This document shows positions 39,901 to 49,630 of a stretch of 64,000 nucleotides of DNA, piece by piece. The notes under the pieces are model-generated. The model did no database searches. It was not told where the DNA came from and was given only the letters and a program-made list of their open reading frames with translations. The translations under genes and the position numbers were made by a program. The first letter of the stretch is position 1. Each line of letters opens with the position of its first letter. Location: positions 170,408-234,407 of the forward strand of contig JBAZWB010000002.1 of the NCBI GenBank assembly GCA_041660605.1. Reading direction: 5' to 3'. Source of the stretch: Patescibacteria group bacterium (GTDB taxonomy: Bacteria; Patescibacteriota; Patescibacteriia; UBA10025; JAHIVO01).

Positions 39901-40047
39901 AGGATAGGGGAACATATCCAAAACATAAAATTTGGGAGACGAGCTGTTTTCTTTCGTGTCCCAAATTCCTTCCTGCTCCCATTGCTTCTGCCACTTTTTT
40001 TCTACCCGACTGCTGTCGTATTTTATATTCATAACTGATTGAATCAT
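36907..40047 (-). CDS. leuS: Leucine--tRNA ligase with an inserted YdeN/RBBP9-type alpha/beta hydrolase domain
   Basis: [55 protein letters not shown]; insert [25 protein letters not shown]. Confidence 0.96.
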   Translation of the reverse strand: MIQSVMNIKYDSSRVEKKWQKQWEQEGIWDTKENSSSPKFYVLDMFPYPSAQGLHVGHPEGYTASDIVARFYRMKGYHVLHPMGFDSFGLPAENYAIKTGTHPATTTAKNINNMRRQIKSLGFSYDWKREVITSDPEYYKWTQWIFLQLFKHGLAYESYAPINWCPKDKTGLANEEVINGKCERCGTPVVKKKIKQWLVKITDEKYIERLLHGLDDLDWPESIKTLQRNWIGRSEGAIVNFELWTGNKEPRRKLSEVLSSKFKVISVFTTRPDTLFGATYMVLSPEHELVDLITTEKQFKAVEKYKKESAAKSDLERTDLAKEKTGVFTGAYAINPVNNAKIPVWIADYVLSTYGTGAIMAVPAHDERDFEFAKKFKLPIIQVIKPPSVMPKTYPSLGSASAWGVKEADLESQCWTGDGTMVNSGQFNGISSEQGRKKIVEWLNSKTEQVHNACLIVHGISGHKRENWFPWLKEELNKAGWETIVPTMPGAGHPVLNSWDEYLGQFDQRINENSVLVGHSLGCASILFHLQQLEKKVDTVILVAPTNPLQYWPQLKQKYPQADWDAVKNMSSAQNFNWPKIRSLAKRFIIIHSDNDPYVPPESMAYYKENLPEAEIHCMPGKSHFSESTGGVTSLPEILPFFPKSSSNSSVAQATINYKLRDWLFSRQRYWGEPIPIIHCEICGQVPVPEKDLPVLLPDVKKYEPTGTGESPLANIKEWVNVKCPQCGGPARRETNTMPQWAGSNWYFLRYCDAHNDKQLADPEKLKKWLPVNLYIGGAEHAVLHLLYARFIYKFLFDIKAVPEKCGDEPFKKLKNQGLILGEDGQKMSKSRGNVVNPDEVIEKYGADTMRMYEMFMGPFEDAKPWNMQGIIGVRRFLDRLYKAGENVADVELNKGKRSLHTLIKFITNDIENFKFNTCVSHFMEASNEWFSEEIVPREAYETFLVLLSPFAPHLAEELWEKLGHKKSIFNEKWPEFDPKLIVKAEITLVVQVNGRVRDQFTVPAGISETEAQERALASEKIKKWLGGKQPKKTIFVPGRLINFVV
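37228..37243. promoter_or_regulatory. parS-like site inside leuS
   Basis: TGCTTCACGTGGAACA, close to the parS consensus TGTTNCACGTGNAACA. Confidence 0.45.
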
Positions 40048-40111
40048 ATCATTTTAATAGCTCAATTTCAAGCCATTAGACCGCTGAAAATATAGCGGCT
40101 GGCATGCATTA

Positions 40112-40140
40112 TTGACCAAAAAATACTCCTCTGCTACTAT
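40112..40140 (+). promoter_or_regulatory. sigma70-like promoter
   Basis: TTGACC-17 bp-TACTAT with TGn extension. Confidence 0.5.
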
Positions 40141-40189
40141 GCATTAATAAATTGCACATATACAATTCAACCGCGGAAGGGATAAGCCC

Positions 40190-41071
40190 ATGAAAAAATG
40201 GTTCCGTTTTATTGACCATTTCAGGTTTATTCCTGAATGGATCAGCGTACTAAGACAAGAATTCAAACTCTCAAATCTCAAAATGTGGGCGCTAATGCCG
40301 CCACTACTGGAGATGGACATAATTGATATTGAACAGAAGGAAATTGATCGTTATCAATTGATTCCTGGATCACTGGTACGTCTGGCACTTGGTCTGGTCA
40401 ACTCCATCGTGCGGCTTCTGGTGCGCTTCCATGTTAAGGCTGATCACATCACCATGGCTGGAGCATACCTTAGTCTGAACTCGCTGCCCCTGCTCGCTCA
40501 GGGATATTTTACCTGGGGCGCCATACTGCTCCTGGCCGGCGGCCTGTGTGATTTGCTTGATGGAGCGGTCGCGCGCCTATCAAATACATGCTCACCCGTA
40601 AGCCAACGAAAGGACTTCCTGGCGGATAGGCTCTCGGATGCCGCGCCATTAGTAGGATTATTTTGCTTCTTCAGCAACGGAGACAATAACATGCTCCATA
40701 GTGCGCTCGCCGCGGGGGCACTGGAGATAAGTCTCAGGATAAGCTACATCAAGCGACTGGCCCTCCAAATCAAATTATACAAGCCCTGCGCCGGCATACT
40801 ACAGCGCCAGCATCGCCTCCTCCTACTCGTGTTCGGCCTCCTCTTATGTGGCGCGTATCCGCTACCACCGCAAGTTGCTACGCCCACCGTATTGTTCTTT
40901 TTCGGCCCGCAGGTAATTCTCGTGTGGCCACTAACCCTAGTGCTGATAATTATTCTACTACTAGGTACTATCACGTTTACGCAGCGGCTGGTCTCTGCAA
41001 TCCTCGGCACTGCAAACCTGCGGACAATACTGTCTATATTCCGTGGTGAAACGAGTCCACGAGCTGAGTAG
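40190..41071 (+). CDS. CDP-alcohol phosphatidyltransferase family protein
   Basis: ADHIT..DLLDGAVAR..DFLADRLSD motif; SYIKR..GILQR; multiple TMs. Confidence 0.82.
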   Translation: MKKWFRFIDHFRFIPEWISVLRQEFKLSNLKMWALMPPLLEMDIIDIEQKEIDRYQLIPGSLVRLALGLVNSIVRLLVRFHVKADHITMAGAYLSLNSLPLLAQGYFTWGAILLLAGGLCDLLDGAVARLSNTCSPVSQRKDFLADRLSDAAPLVGLFCFFSNGDNNMLHSALAAGALEISLRISYIKRLALQIKLYKPCAGILQRQHRLLLLVFGLLLCGAYPLPPQVATPTVLFFFGPQVILVWPLTLVLIIILLLGTITFTQRLVSAILGTANLRTILSIFRGETSPRAE

Positions 41072-41116
41072 TACCACTCCCTATGTGGGTATGGAGCTCC
41101 AAGAATGAGTCTTCGT

Positions 41117-41153
41117 AACGGGCGGTTGTTATACGCAACTGACCCGTTTTTTT
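41117..41153 (+). terminator. Rho-independent terminator
   Basis: aacggg-cggttg..caactg-acccgtt stem followed by a T-run. Confidence 0.65.
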
Positions 41154-41221
41154 ATGTCAAAAAACTTTTTGTCTTATTTCCTCCCAGGCAATAATCATCT
41201 ATCGCTCATACACCCCCTGTA

Positions 41222-41250
41222 TTGACACGGCTATAATCTTATGATATTAT
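41222..41250 (+). promoter_or_regulatory. sigma70 promoter
   Basis: TTGACA-17 bp-TATTAT with TGn extension. Confidence 0.6.
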
Positions 41251-41357
41251 TCCCAATTGAAACTACGGCTCCACCGATATCAAGTAAGTTTAGCTAAAAA
41301 TACCATTAACCATCAAAATATATTACTCTCAGAGTAAAATCACTAGGCCTAAAAATA

Positions 41358-42659
41358 TTGCTGCGGATTTTGGAGGTATTTATTTTAATCGGCAGGGGCA
41401 TAGAATATATTTTCTTTAACATAATAATCAGGCCATTAATTACAGTGGCCAGATTTTTGTTCAGGCATTTTCTGATCCATATCTATCGCCTATACCTGCT
41501 CGTTTCAAAAGAACTGAATAAAATATTTGCGCCAGCCAAAAATAAGATTTTTTATCCTTTGCTGAATAAATCCACGATACACGTGGCTTTAATTTTTATC
41601 GGTCTCGCTGTGCTGGTGAATAATTTCGTCATCCATGACACGCAGGCCGAAGAATTCGGGAAAAATACCATTTTAGCTTCAGTCGTTTCGGACGCTCAGG
41701 ATATAGAAATAACTGAAAAAGCGGCTTTACCGGCTCCAAGCAAACCAGTAAACTATTATCAAATCGCCGGTACACTGACCCTGGCCAGTGCTTCAAGAAA
41801 TGAAACAGCCTCTGAAAGCGGAGGAGAAAATGAAATAATAACTACGGCTAACAGCGCCGCTCTGGTGAACCCCGGGCTGTCCCAGACTACGATCGGCAAC
41901 CGTCCGCGGGAAGCAGTGGCCTACTATACCGTCGAGGGCGGTGACACGATAAGCACTATTGCGGAAAAATTTGGGATTTCGTCAAATACTATTTTATGGG
42001 AAAATAAGCTTGGCCCGCGCGATTACATTAAACCAGGGGAAAAGCTGACCATTCTGCCGATGTCAGGCGTCTCACACCAGGTGCAATCAGGGGACACCCT
42101 GGACAAGATAGCCAAGAAATACAGCGTTACGACTGATGAAATCTTACAATACAATAAATTGGCAGACGCCTCGGCCATTGAAAAAAATCAAATTCTGGTA
42201 ATCCCCGGCGGAGTGATGCCTGAAGAACCGAAGCCAAAGCCGCAGGCAAGCTCCTCGGGATTTGCGTTATTTAATATTCCGCCGCCGGCTTCATCCAGCA
42301 GCGGGACAAAACTGCAGTGGCCGACCACCGGACACAGGATCAGCCAATATTATAGGATTGGCCATCCCGCTATTGATATAACCGGTAATTACAGCCAGCC
42401 TATTTATGCTGCTGATGACGGGCGGGCTGAGGCAGTCGGCTGGGGAACCGGCTACGGCAACCGCATAATCTTGAACCACGGCAACGGGATTAAAACCTTG
42501 TATGGCCACGCCTCAAAAATTTTCATAAAAACCGGCGACTATGTTAAGCGAGGCCAGACTATCGGCATGATCGGCTGCACAGGCTGGTGCACCGGTCCAC
42601 ATATCCATTTCGAAGTTATCGTCAACGGCGCCAAGCCAAACCCCCTTTCTTACCTATAA
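41358..42659 (+). CDS. LysM x2 + M23 metallopeptidase (peptidoglycan endopeptidase)
   Basis: YTVEGGDTISTIA and HQVQSGDTLDKIA; HPAID, YGH, TGPHIHFE. Exact start uncertain. Confidence 0.92.
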   Translation: MLRILEVFILIGRGIEYIFFNIIIRPLITVARFLFRHFLIHIYRLYLLVSKELNKIFAPAKNKIFYPLLNKSTIHVALIFIGLAVLVNNFVIHDTQAEEFGKNTILASVVSDAQDIEITEKAALPAPSKPVNYYQIAGTLTLASASRNETASESGGENEIITTANSAALVNPGLSQTTIGNRPREAVAYYTVEGGDTISTIAEKFGISSNTILWENKLGPRDYIKPGEKLTILPMSGVSHQVQSGDTLDKIAKKYSVTTDEILQYNKLADASAIEKNQILVIPGGVMPEEPKPKPQASSSGFALFNIPPPASSSSGTKLQWPTTGHRISQYYRIGHPAIDITGNYSQPIYAADDGRAEAVGWGTGYGNRIILNHGNGIKTLYGHASKIFIKTGDYVKRGQTIGMIGCTGWCTGPHIHFEVIVNGAKPNPLSYL

Positions 42660-42669
42660 TTTTATCGCC

Positions 42670-42705
42670 AAAAAAAGCTCCTGATTTGTAGATCGAAGCT
42701 TTTTA
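42670..42705. terminator. Probable bidirectional terminator
   Basis: aaaaaaagct..agcttttt between convergent genes. Confidence 0.5.
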
Positions 42706-42712
42706 TTATTTA

Positions 42713-43555
42713 CTATTTTTTCTGCGCTAAAACTTTTCTGATTTTTTCTATAATTTCATCAATAGTAAAATTTGATTTTATCAGATAATCATCGGCTCCC
42801 AAAGCTCTGCCTTTTTCAATATCCGCTTCCTGGCCTAAATTTGACAGTAAAATAACCGGCGTGCGGGCAATGGACATATTCGGATTGATCCTCACGCGTT
42901 TTAATATTTCGAAGCCATCAAGACCGGGAAGGATAATGTCCAGTAACACGACTTCCGGCCTTGTTTCAGTTATTTTTTCCAATCCGCCCGGACCGTCAAT
43001 AGCCGAAGTAACTCCAAAATTTTCCCGTTGCAGCTTGGTTATCAGCAAATCACGTAAAAATTGATCATCCTCAACCACCAAAACGTCAGCTTCTTTCGCT
43101 TTGCCCGAAGACACCGGTTTTACCATCGGCTTCGCCTCAACCTCGGCTTCCAATTCCTCGCCAAACTCACTTGATTGGCCCATTAACTTATTTACTTTGC
43201 TTATGACTTCTTCCGGCGTAAACTGTGCTTTTATAATATAATCCCTAGCCCCCAAATTTATAGCTTTATCAATTTCTACGGGCTGTCCGGAATTTGAAAT
43301 AATAATAACCGGAGGCATTTTATCCCGCCCATATTTTTCCTGCAATACGCCCAGTACCTCATAACCGTTCATTTTTGGCATGACAATATCCAATAAAATC
43401 AAATCCGGCTTCACTTTTTCAATAACATCCAGGCCTTTTTCCCCGTCCACGGCGGAAAAAACCTCATAATTCTCTTTATCAAGCTTTTTCTTCAGCACGT
43501 CAACAAGAATCTGCTCATCCTCAATTATTATTACTTTTCCTTTATTTTTTGCCAT
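42713..43555 (-). CDS. Response regulator with two receiver domains and no output domain
   Basis: IEDE..LLDIVMP..YIIK and VEDD..LLDIILP..YLIK. Confidence 0.9.
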   Translation of the reverse strand: MAKNKGKVIIIEDEQILVDVLKKKLDKENYEVFSAVDGEKGLDVIEKVKPDLILLDIVMPKMNGYEVLGVLQEKYGRDKMPPVIIISNSGQPVEIDKAINLGARDYIIKAQFTPEEVISKVNKLMGQSSEFGEELEAEVEAKPMVKPVSSGKAKEADVLVVEDDQFLRDLLITKLQRENFGVTSAIDGPGGLEKITETRPEVVLLDIILPGLDGFEILKRVRINPNMSIARTPVILLSNLGQEADIEKGRALGADDYLIKSNFTIDEIIEKIRKVLAQKK

Positions 43556-43582
43556 ATATTATTCTCTTAATTTTATTATACA

Positions 43583-44287
43583 CTATATTTTAGATTGAGT
43601 AACTTCCCCTTTTCTTTTATAAAGAATGCCGAAAAATATGATTAAAAAAGAAAACAGGGAAAATACTTCGGAAATGAAGGCAACCAGCGGAGTAGTGGCG
43701 ATATAATAGGTTAAAGCCGTGACAGTCAGCAGGGTCAGGCCGCTGCCGATAATTAACGAACGGGCGCGGACTATTTTTTCCTGCGAACGCCAGCCCTGCC
43801 GGAGAAAGAAAATCGCACTGGGGAAAAGCACTCCGCCAAAAATGATCAGACTGGAAATCCCCACCACCGGATTGATGTCCCAATTGATAATTCCCGTGAC
43901 GGAATTATAGGTAGGATACCCCAGATAGAAAATATTGAGCAAAGTGGCGATAGCGGAGAGAAAAATAACCACCCAGAAAGCGCGGGCGGCCCACTTTATA
44001 TTTATAAAAAACATGGTCACTTTTGAGAAATAAGCTATGGCAACGTAAAAGAAAGCATTGGCAATCATAAAACCAATGCCTATATAATAAGAATTATGCG
44101 GGGTAAAAATAAAAGGGAAAGAGAAAAAAATAAAAGAAAAAACCGTGGAAAAATATCCCTTAGAGAAATATAAAATCACCGGATTCCGGCCGCCGCCTTT
44201 TAAATAAGAACGATATAGTATCAGACTGCAAACACCGCAGATTATAGCGTTCGCTACATTAATAAAATTTGTAATGAATAAGGCCAT
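43583..44287 (-). CDS. Integral membrane protein (~7 TM), possible stand-alone sensor
   Basis: Hydrophobic throughout. Start reassigned to MALF (44287), 4 nt after the kinase stop. Confidence 0.7.
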   Translation of the reverse strand: MALFITNFINVANAIICGVCSLILYRSYLKGGGRNPVILYFSKGYFSTVFSFIFFSFPFIFTPHNSYYIGIGFMIANAFFYVAIAYFSKVTMFFINIKWAARAFWVVIFLSAIATLLNIFYLGYPTYNSVTGIINWDINPVVGISSLIIFGGVLFPSAIFFLRQGWRSQEKIVRARSLIIGSGLTLLTVTALTYYIATTPLVAFISEVFSLFSFLIIFFGILYKRKGEVTQSKI

Positions 44288-44291
44288 ATGT

Positions 44292-45791
44292 TTAAATGCT
44301 TTTAATAAACTTATCAAATTGCGTACCGGCCGAATATCTGCCCAACTCCACCGGCAGAGAAAAATAAAAAGTAGTGCCTTTGCCTTCCGTGCTTTCAAAC
44401 CAGACAGTACCCTGATGATTTTCTACGATGCTTTTCACGATAAAAAGTCCAAGTCCGGAACCGTCGGTCTGCATGCGTATGACGTTATCTGCCCGAAAAA
44501 ATTTAGAAAAAATACGGCTTTGCTGGTAAGCAGGTATGCCCACACCGCCGTCAGCAATGCTGCAAATTACCTGATTTTCCTCATACAACATTGAGAGGAC
44601 GACCTTATTGCCTTTAGGCGTATATTTTATTGCGTTATCCAGCAAATTTTGCAGAACCAAGCGCATTTTTTGTGGATCAATATTGACCTTTGGCAGCGGT
44701 GATCTCGGTTTTTTATATTCAAACTTTATTGCTTTTTTCTTCACTACATTATACAGCTCCTGAACCACGCTTTCCACTACCTCCTCCAGGGACATATGAA
44801 TGAACCTGTATTGGAAGCGCCCCTCTTCAATCCGGGAAACATTCAGCAAGTCATTTATCAGCCCGATCATTCTCTCGTTAGTCTGGTACCCTTTGGCCAG
44901 CATTTCGCGCTGCTGGGGGTTTAACGGTCCCAGATCCCCGTCCAAAATCATGCGCAGCACCCACTTAGTGGCAGACAGAGGGGTTCTCATCTGATGGGAA
45001 GCGACCGAAATGAATTCGGTTTTCATCTGGTCGATCTCTTTTAAGCGCCTGTTCAGTTTTGAATAAACCTTATTCAGCCGGATTAATTCCTGATTCGCTT
45101 TCAATAACTCGCTTTCTACTGTGCTCAGGCTTCTGACCACATATCCGCTGCGATAAGTACTGATGCCCATCAGCCAGAGCATAGTGAATGAAGCGCCAAA
45201 AATATATGGCACATTCTGATATAAATTATCTTTAATAATGAATATCGCGTTGTGCGGCAGGATGCCGTAAAATTCCAGGATTATTACGGCGACAAACATT
45301 GAACCGCCGAATATCAAATTTAACGGAGCAGCGATAGAGCTGAAATGCACGTTGGTGCCGACTAACTGCAAAAGATATAGCGGCAAGAAAATACTTTCAA
45401 TTCCGCCGGTGGCATGGACGATCAAAGTAATGACGATCATATCCAGAAAAACACCGATGTATGGCCAAAATCTCGGGTAATTCACCGTTCTGAATACCAG
45501 GCCGGAAGTTAAATTATAAATAAAAGCAATAGTCACGGCAATCAGAATGCCAAAAAGGTCAAACTGAAAACCCGCCTCATATGAGATGAGGGAGATCAAA
45601 GCCACGACGGTAATCATTATATACCGCACGGCCACTGACCAGCGCATGCGCTTTAGTCTTTCCTCCGCTCCTATCGTCACCATATTCTTGCGCAAAGCGG
45701 TTATTTCCGCCTCCTCTTCGCTGCTTTTTTTATCCACCTCCTGGTCTTCGGAGTTATTTTTTTCCGATAGTATCGGACTGTTACCTTCCAT
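44292..45791 (-). CDS. Membrane sensor histidine kinase
   Basis: FISVASHQMRTPL (H-box), NLLDNAIKY, DGGVGI, FSKFFR, GSGLGL; N-terminal TMs. Confidence 0.95.
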   Translation of the reverse strand: MEGNSPILSEKNNSEDQEVDKKSSEEEAEITALRKNMVTIGAEERLKRMRWSVAVRYIMITVVALISLISYEAGFQFDLFGILIAVTIAFIYNLTSGLVFRTVNYPRFWPYIGVFLDMIVITLIVHATGGIESIFLPLYLLQLVGTNVHFSSIAAPLNLIFGGSMFVAVIILEFYGILPHNAIFIIKDNLYQNVPYIFGASFTMLWLMGISTYRSGYVVRSLSTVESELLKANQELIRLNKVYSKLNRRLKEIDQMKTEFISVASHQMRTPLSATKWVLRMILDGDLGPLNPQQREMLAKGYQTNERMIGLINDLLNVSRIEEGRFQYRFIHMSLEEVVESVVQELYNVVKKKAIKFEYKKPRSPLPKVNIDPQKMRLVLQNLLDNAIKYTPKGNKVVLSMLYEENQVICSIADGGVGIPAYQQSRIFSKFFRADNVIRMQTDGSGLGLFIVKSIVENHQGTVWFESTEGKGTTFYFSLPVELGRYSAGTQFDKFIKSI

Positions 45792-45980
45792 TGGTAATAT
45801 TTCGAAAAATTTGATAAACCAAATTTAATTATAACACATTTTTTTCAAAAAATCAATAGTAAAAATATTTTACTTAAATAGCCTGGCGATGATGTTTTAG
45901 GTAAGCAAGTGGATAGAAAGGCATATTGATGGTAAACTATAAATATAATTAATAAAGAGGAGTAGAGAGGGGGTGAATGA

Positions 45981-46733
45981 ATGAAAAAAATAATTGTGGT
46001 TTTCATTGTTGTAGTTGCCTCAACTATGTTGACAGCGGGAATTGTCCGGGCGGCCGCTTCTCATAACATCACCAGCGCACTTGGCGGCGTAGCAGGAGAT
46101 TCTTTTTCTTTGGATGGCACGCTGGCCACCAGTTCTCTGCGAGTCGGCAGCCAGGGCACCGGCGGTGTTACATATTTTAACGGAACCATTGTAAATACTA
46201 CGACCGGTACAGGCGGAACGGACAACCCCGTCACCTTCGGCGATAACGTCCGTGTTGACGGCCGGGTTTACCGCGGAGCTACAGCTGGTACAGCTGACTC
46301 ATTGCCATTTATTGTCAATGACAACATGGAGGTAGCAGGTACTTTAACCATTGGGGGCAAGGATGCTACGACAAAAACAGTACTGTCTGGTTCCCTAGAT
46401 TTAACCGCTGCCGGTGATGAGACTATAGAATATGATTACAGCGCTGACTGCATAGCAGAATATCCTGAAGGAGTAGCAAAGTATACCTATCACTATAGAA
46501 AAATTTTAGTTCCAGATTTAAGTGTTGATAATCCCATGGAATTGCGAGTTTTCACCTCAGTGGATGCGACTAGCGGACAGCTCGACCTGGAAAACCAATG
46601 GGTATCGGCGGGCTATACAATGACTGATGGCGCAATTTATGTTTATTTTAAATCCGAGACCCAATTGTGTGGTGGATCGAGTACTGTTGGATATGGCACT
46701 ACTGGTGATTACAAGGTAGTAATTGTGGATTGA
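45981..46733 (+). CDS. Secreted hypothetical protein
   Basis: Signal peptide; Gly/Thr-rich beta-type N-half; purine-rich RBS upstream. Confidence 0.75.
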   Translation: MKKIIVVFIVVVASTMLTAGIVRAAASHNITSALGGVAGDSFSLDGTLATSSLRVGSQGTGGVTYFNGTIVNTTTGTGGTDNPVTFGDNVRVDGRVYRGATAGTADSLPFIVNDNMEVAGTLTIGGKDATTKTVLSGSLDLTAAGDETIEYDYSADCIAEYPEGVAKYTYHYRKILVPDLSVDNPMELRVFTSVDATSGQLDLENQWVSAGYTMTDGAIYVYFKSETQLCGGSSTVGYGTTGDYKVVIVD

Positions 46734-46757
46734 TGGTAACTAAGCTTTTAAGAAAAT

Positions 46758-46789
46758 AAAGGACTTCCGATCAGCTCGGGAGTTCTTTA
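46758..46789 (+). terminator. Probable terminator hairpin
   Basis: aaaggacttccga..tcgggagttcttt. Confidence 0.5.
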
Positions 46790-46804
46790 TGTTTAATGAA
46801 TATT

Positions 46805-46990
46805 TTATAAATATGATGACCAAAGCCAGTCTTCAGAATTTTTACATAAACCGGCCTTAACGGGATTCAAATGAATATAATTAATCTTTTCTGTTAATTT
46901 TTTATCAGAATAAATATTGAAATCGTAAAACGAGAGCTGCCAGATTTTGTTTTCAATCGGGGTATGTACCGCTCCTGCATCTTTCCATTT
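46805..46990 (-). pseudogene. C-terminal fragment of a second RAYT transposase
   Basis: Manual translation KIWQLSFYDFNIYSDKKLTEKINYIHLNPVKAGLCKNSEDWLWSSYL*. No start codon and no HUH part; GC-rich palindromes at 46995-47040 lie upstream. Confidence 0.8.
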
Positions 46991-47057
46991 GTAACCCGCG
47001 GGTAGCGGCGAGCCCGCCCGCCTCTGGGACGGGTGCGGTGTGTTTAGAAAAAACGTA

Positions 47058-48587
47058 TTACTCCATCTGCGGCCGGTACTGCAGGCTTTCGGCTAAATGC
47101 GCGGTGGTAATTTCTTCTTCGCCGGCCAAATCAGCGATGGTGCGGGCTACTTTTAAAACGCGGTGATAGGCACGGGCGGATAAATAAAACTGGTTGACTG
47201 CTTTCTTGAGAAATTCCCTTGACGGAGGAGACAGCCGGCAGTTATTATCGATTTCACGTATGCCCATTTCCGCGTTGGCAACGATGGATGTCGAGAAAAA
47301 TCTTTTCGACTGGCGTTGGCGGGCTGAAGCTACTCTCTGCCTGATCGCCCTGGAAGTCTCCCCGCCGGCTGCAGCGGAAATTTTTTCGTATTCCAGGCGC
47401 GGCACTACGATATGGATATCAATCCTGTCCAGTAATGGCCCGGAAATCTTTTTTTGATATCTGATAATTTGGTGAGGGGAGCAAGTACAGGCCTGCCGCT
47501 GGTCATTCAAGTAACCGCAGGGGCAGGGATTGCGCGCCGCTACCAGAGTGAACCGGGCGGGGAATTCTACCGACCCAGCGGCCCGGGAAACCGTCACCAC
47601 GCCGTCTTCCAGAGGCTGGCGCAAGCTCTCCAGCGCCAGACGCGAGAATTCGGAAAATTCATCCAGAAAAAGAACTCCGCGGTGGGCCAGGGAAATTTCC
47701 CCGGGTTTAGGAAAACTGCCGCCGCCTACCAGCGCTACCGACGAGATGGTATGGTGCGGCGAGCGGAAAGGCCTGGTCCTGACCATCGGCTCTCGCGCCG
47801 ACAATCTGCCCGAAACAGAATAAATTTTGGTTACTTCCAGAGATTCGTCAAAAGTCATTGAGGGCAAAATTGTCGGCATCGTCCGGGCTAATAATGTTTT
47901 GCCGGAACCCGGCGGTCCGGTCATCAGGACGTTATGCCCTCCGGCGGCGGCTATCTCCAGCGCCCTTTTGGCCTGTTCCTGGCCGCGGATGCTGGACATA
48001 TCACTCAAATTTTCAGGCTCCGGCTGCGTAGGCTCATTAATACCGACGTAACTGCCAATAACCTGCCTGCCCCTCAAATGTTCGACTAGCTGCTCCAGTT
48101 CATCAACCGGAAAAATCTTGATTCCTTTTACCAGTGATGCTTCTTTGGCATTCTTGGCTGCCAAGTAAAGTTCCTCGATCCCATTTTTCTTGGCAGCCAT
48201 GGCAATCGGCAAAACGCCGCTGACCGGACGCAGCCGGCCGTGCAGCGAGAGCTCCCCGATAAATAATTTTTTGTGGATTTTGTCCGGAGAACGCAGCTCT
48301 CCGCGTGCCATTAAAATCGCCACAGCAATCGGCAGATCAAATCGCGGCCCTTCTTTTTTTAGGTCAGCCGGCGCTAAATTTATGGTTACTGCCCCCGGCG
48401 GAAAATCAAAACCGCTGTTTTTAATGCCAGAGCGCACTCTTTCTTTCGCTTCCTGCACGGCTATATCCGGCAGGCCTACGATATTGAAGCGGACAAGCCC
48501 TCGGGAAGTGTCGGCTTCAACCTCCACTAGCCTGGCGTCCAAACCAACGACCGTGGCGGAATATACTTTGGCGGGTTTTTTAAACAT
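47058..48587 (-). CDS. comM: ComM/YifB Mg-chelatase-like AAA+ ATPase
   Basis: IVGLPD..ERVRS, INLAPADLKKEG, GPPGSGKT, PFRSPHH, LFLDE, NPCPCG. Confidence 0.95.
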   Translation of the reverse strand: MFKKPAKVYSATVVGLDARLVEVEADTSRGLVRFNIVGLPDIAVQEAKERVRSGIKNSGFDFPPGAVTINLAPADLKKEGPRFDLPIAVAILMARGELRSPDKIHKKLFIGELSLHGRLRPVSGVLPIAMAAKKNGIEELYLAAKNAKEASLVKGIKIFPVDELEQLVEHLRGRQVIGSYVGINEPTQPEPENLSDMSSIRGQEQAKRALEIAAAGGHNVLMTGPPGSGKTLLARTMPTILPSMTFDESLEVTKIYSVSGRLSAREPMVRTRPFRSPHHTISSVALVGGGSFPKPGEISLAHRGVLFLDEFSEFSRLALESLRQPLEDGVVTVSRAAGSVEFPARFTLVAARNPCPCGYLNDQRQACTCSPHQIIRYQKKISGPLLDRIDIHIVVPRLEYEKISAAAGGETSRAIRQRVASARQRQSKRFFSTSIVANAEMGIREIDNNCRLSPPSREFLKKAVNQFYLSARAYHRVLKVARTIADLAGEEEITTAHLAESLQYRPQME

Positions 48588-49065
48588 AAGACAAAAACTT
48601 TCCCTAAAATAAATTTGGGGAAAGTCTTTGATTAATTCACTCGCCTATAGATTATACCTGCTAAAAATTTTTGTCAAGCAGGTGGAAATTATTAAACATA
48701 TATATACAGCCGGGCATTTGACCATTTTATTAACTCGTGATAGTATGGAAATCCGCTCATTAATTTGTATATAAAGGGAGGCTTGGGGAATTGCCAGGAT
48801 CTGCGCTCCGGCCATTCTGGACAGCATGTCCACTGTCTACGGTATTGGCGATGGTAAAAACGCTGCCTGTTTGCTACATCATTCCCGCGTTTTCGCGACA
48901 ATAGCCCTGCAGGCCGAACAGACACGTTTTTGGTGCCAATCATCTCATGTTTTCTAAGAGATGCCGATGAACTAAGAATTGGCATTTTGCGCGCCGAACA
49001 GGACGCAACCAAAAACGGACTAGCAGTCATCTGTGCTATTCTACTGAGCCTCCCATGTGGATACG

Positions 49066-49100
49066 AGCCTTGGGTCAACCGACTTGAGGCTTTTTTTATT
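49066..49100 (+). terminator. Terminator-like hairpin
   Basis: agccttgggtc..gacttgaggct followed by a T-run. Confidence 0.5.
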
Positions 49101-49198
49101 TGACAATAAAAAAATTCTAGCACAAAATAAAGATGGCACCATTGGTTCGTACTTTTCAATTATTACCGCAGTTACTACTTCTTTTTTCAGGAGGAATC

Positions 49199-49480
49199 AT
49201 GCTTCCACAAAAAGCACGCCAGGAAGGCGCGCCTCCAAATTTTACCGGTGAAACCAAGGATTATTCCGCTGGTATGCTTATTGACGGTACTTACGACCTG
49301 ATCATGACCTGCGATGAATGCCACGAACAATTCGCCCTTCTCGCTAAAGACCAGGTCTACCTTGCCGGAAGAGGATTTGCAAAACCACCAAAACACTGCA
49401 AGACCTGCCACGCAGAACACAAAATGTCCAGGCAAAGAGCTTCACATCTAGACCAATTTCAAAATTCTGCCCAAGCCTAA
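49199..49480 (+). CDS. Small zinc-ribbon protein (two CxxC)
   Basis: TCDECHEQF..DQ....RGF..PKHCKTC; AGGAGG RBS before ATG 49199. Confidence 0.75.
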   Translation: MLPQKARQEGAPPNFTGETKDYSAGMLIDGTYDLIMTCDECHEQFALLAKDQVYLAGRGFAKPPKHCKTCHAEHKMSRQRASHLDQFQNSAQA

Positions 49481-49630
49481 AATCAGCTGAATAGTCAGCT
49501 ATTTCCCACAGATACGCCCTACCGAGCAAAACAACAAAAGATACCATTCCCAAACGAGCTTTTTCACACAACCAAAGTGCCAATCAATATCAAAAGCCGC
49601 ATTTACACTGATCATCAGGAATCTGCGGCT

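Noticed and set aside
48640-49160. 155-aa minus-strand ORF or a possible ncRNA in the comM upstream gap
   Set aside because: No recognisable protein motif or RNA family. An AGGGAGG and a downstream terminator hint at a short or decayed plus-strand gene, but no frame is convincing.
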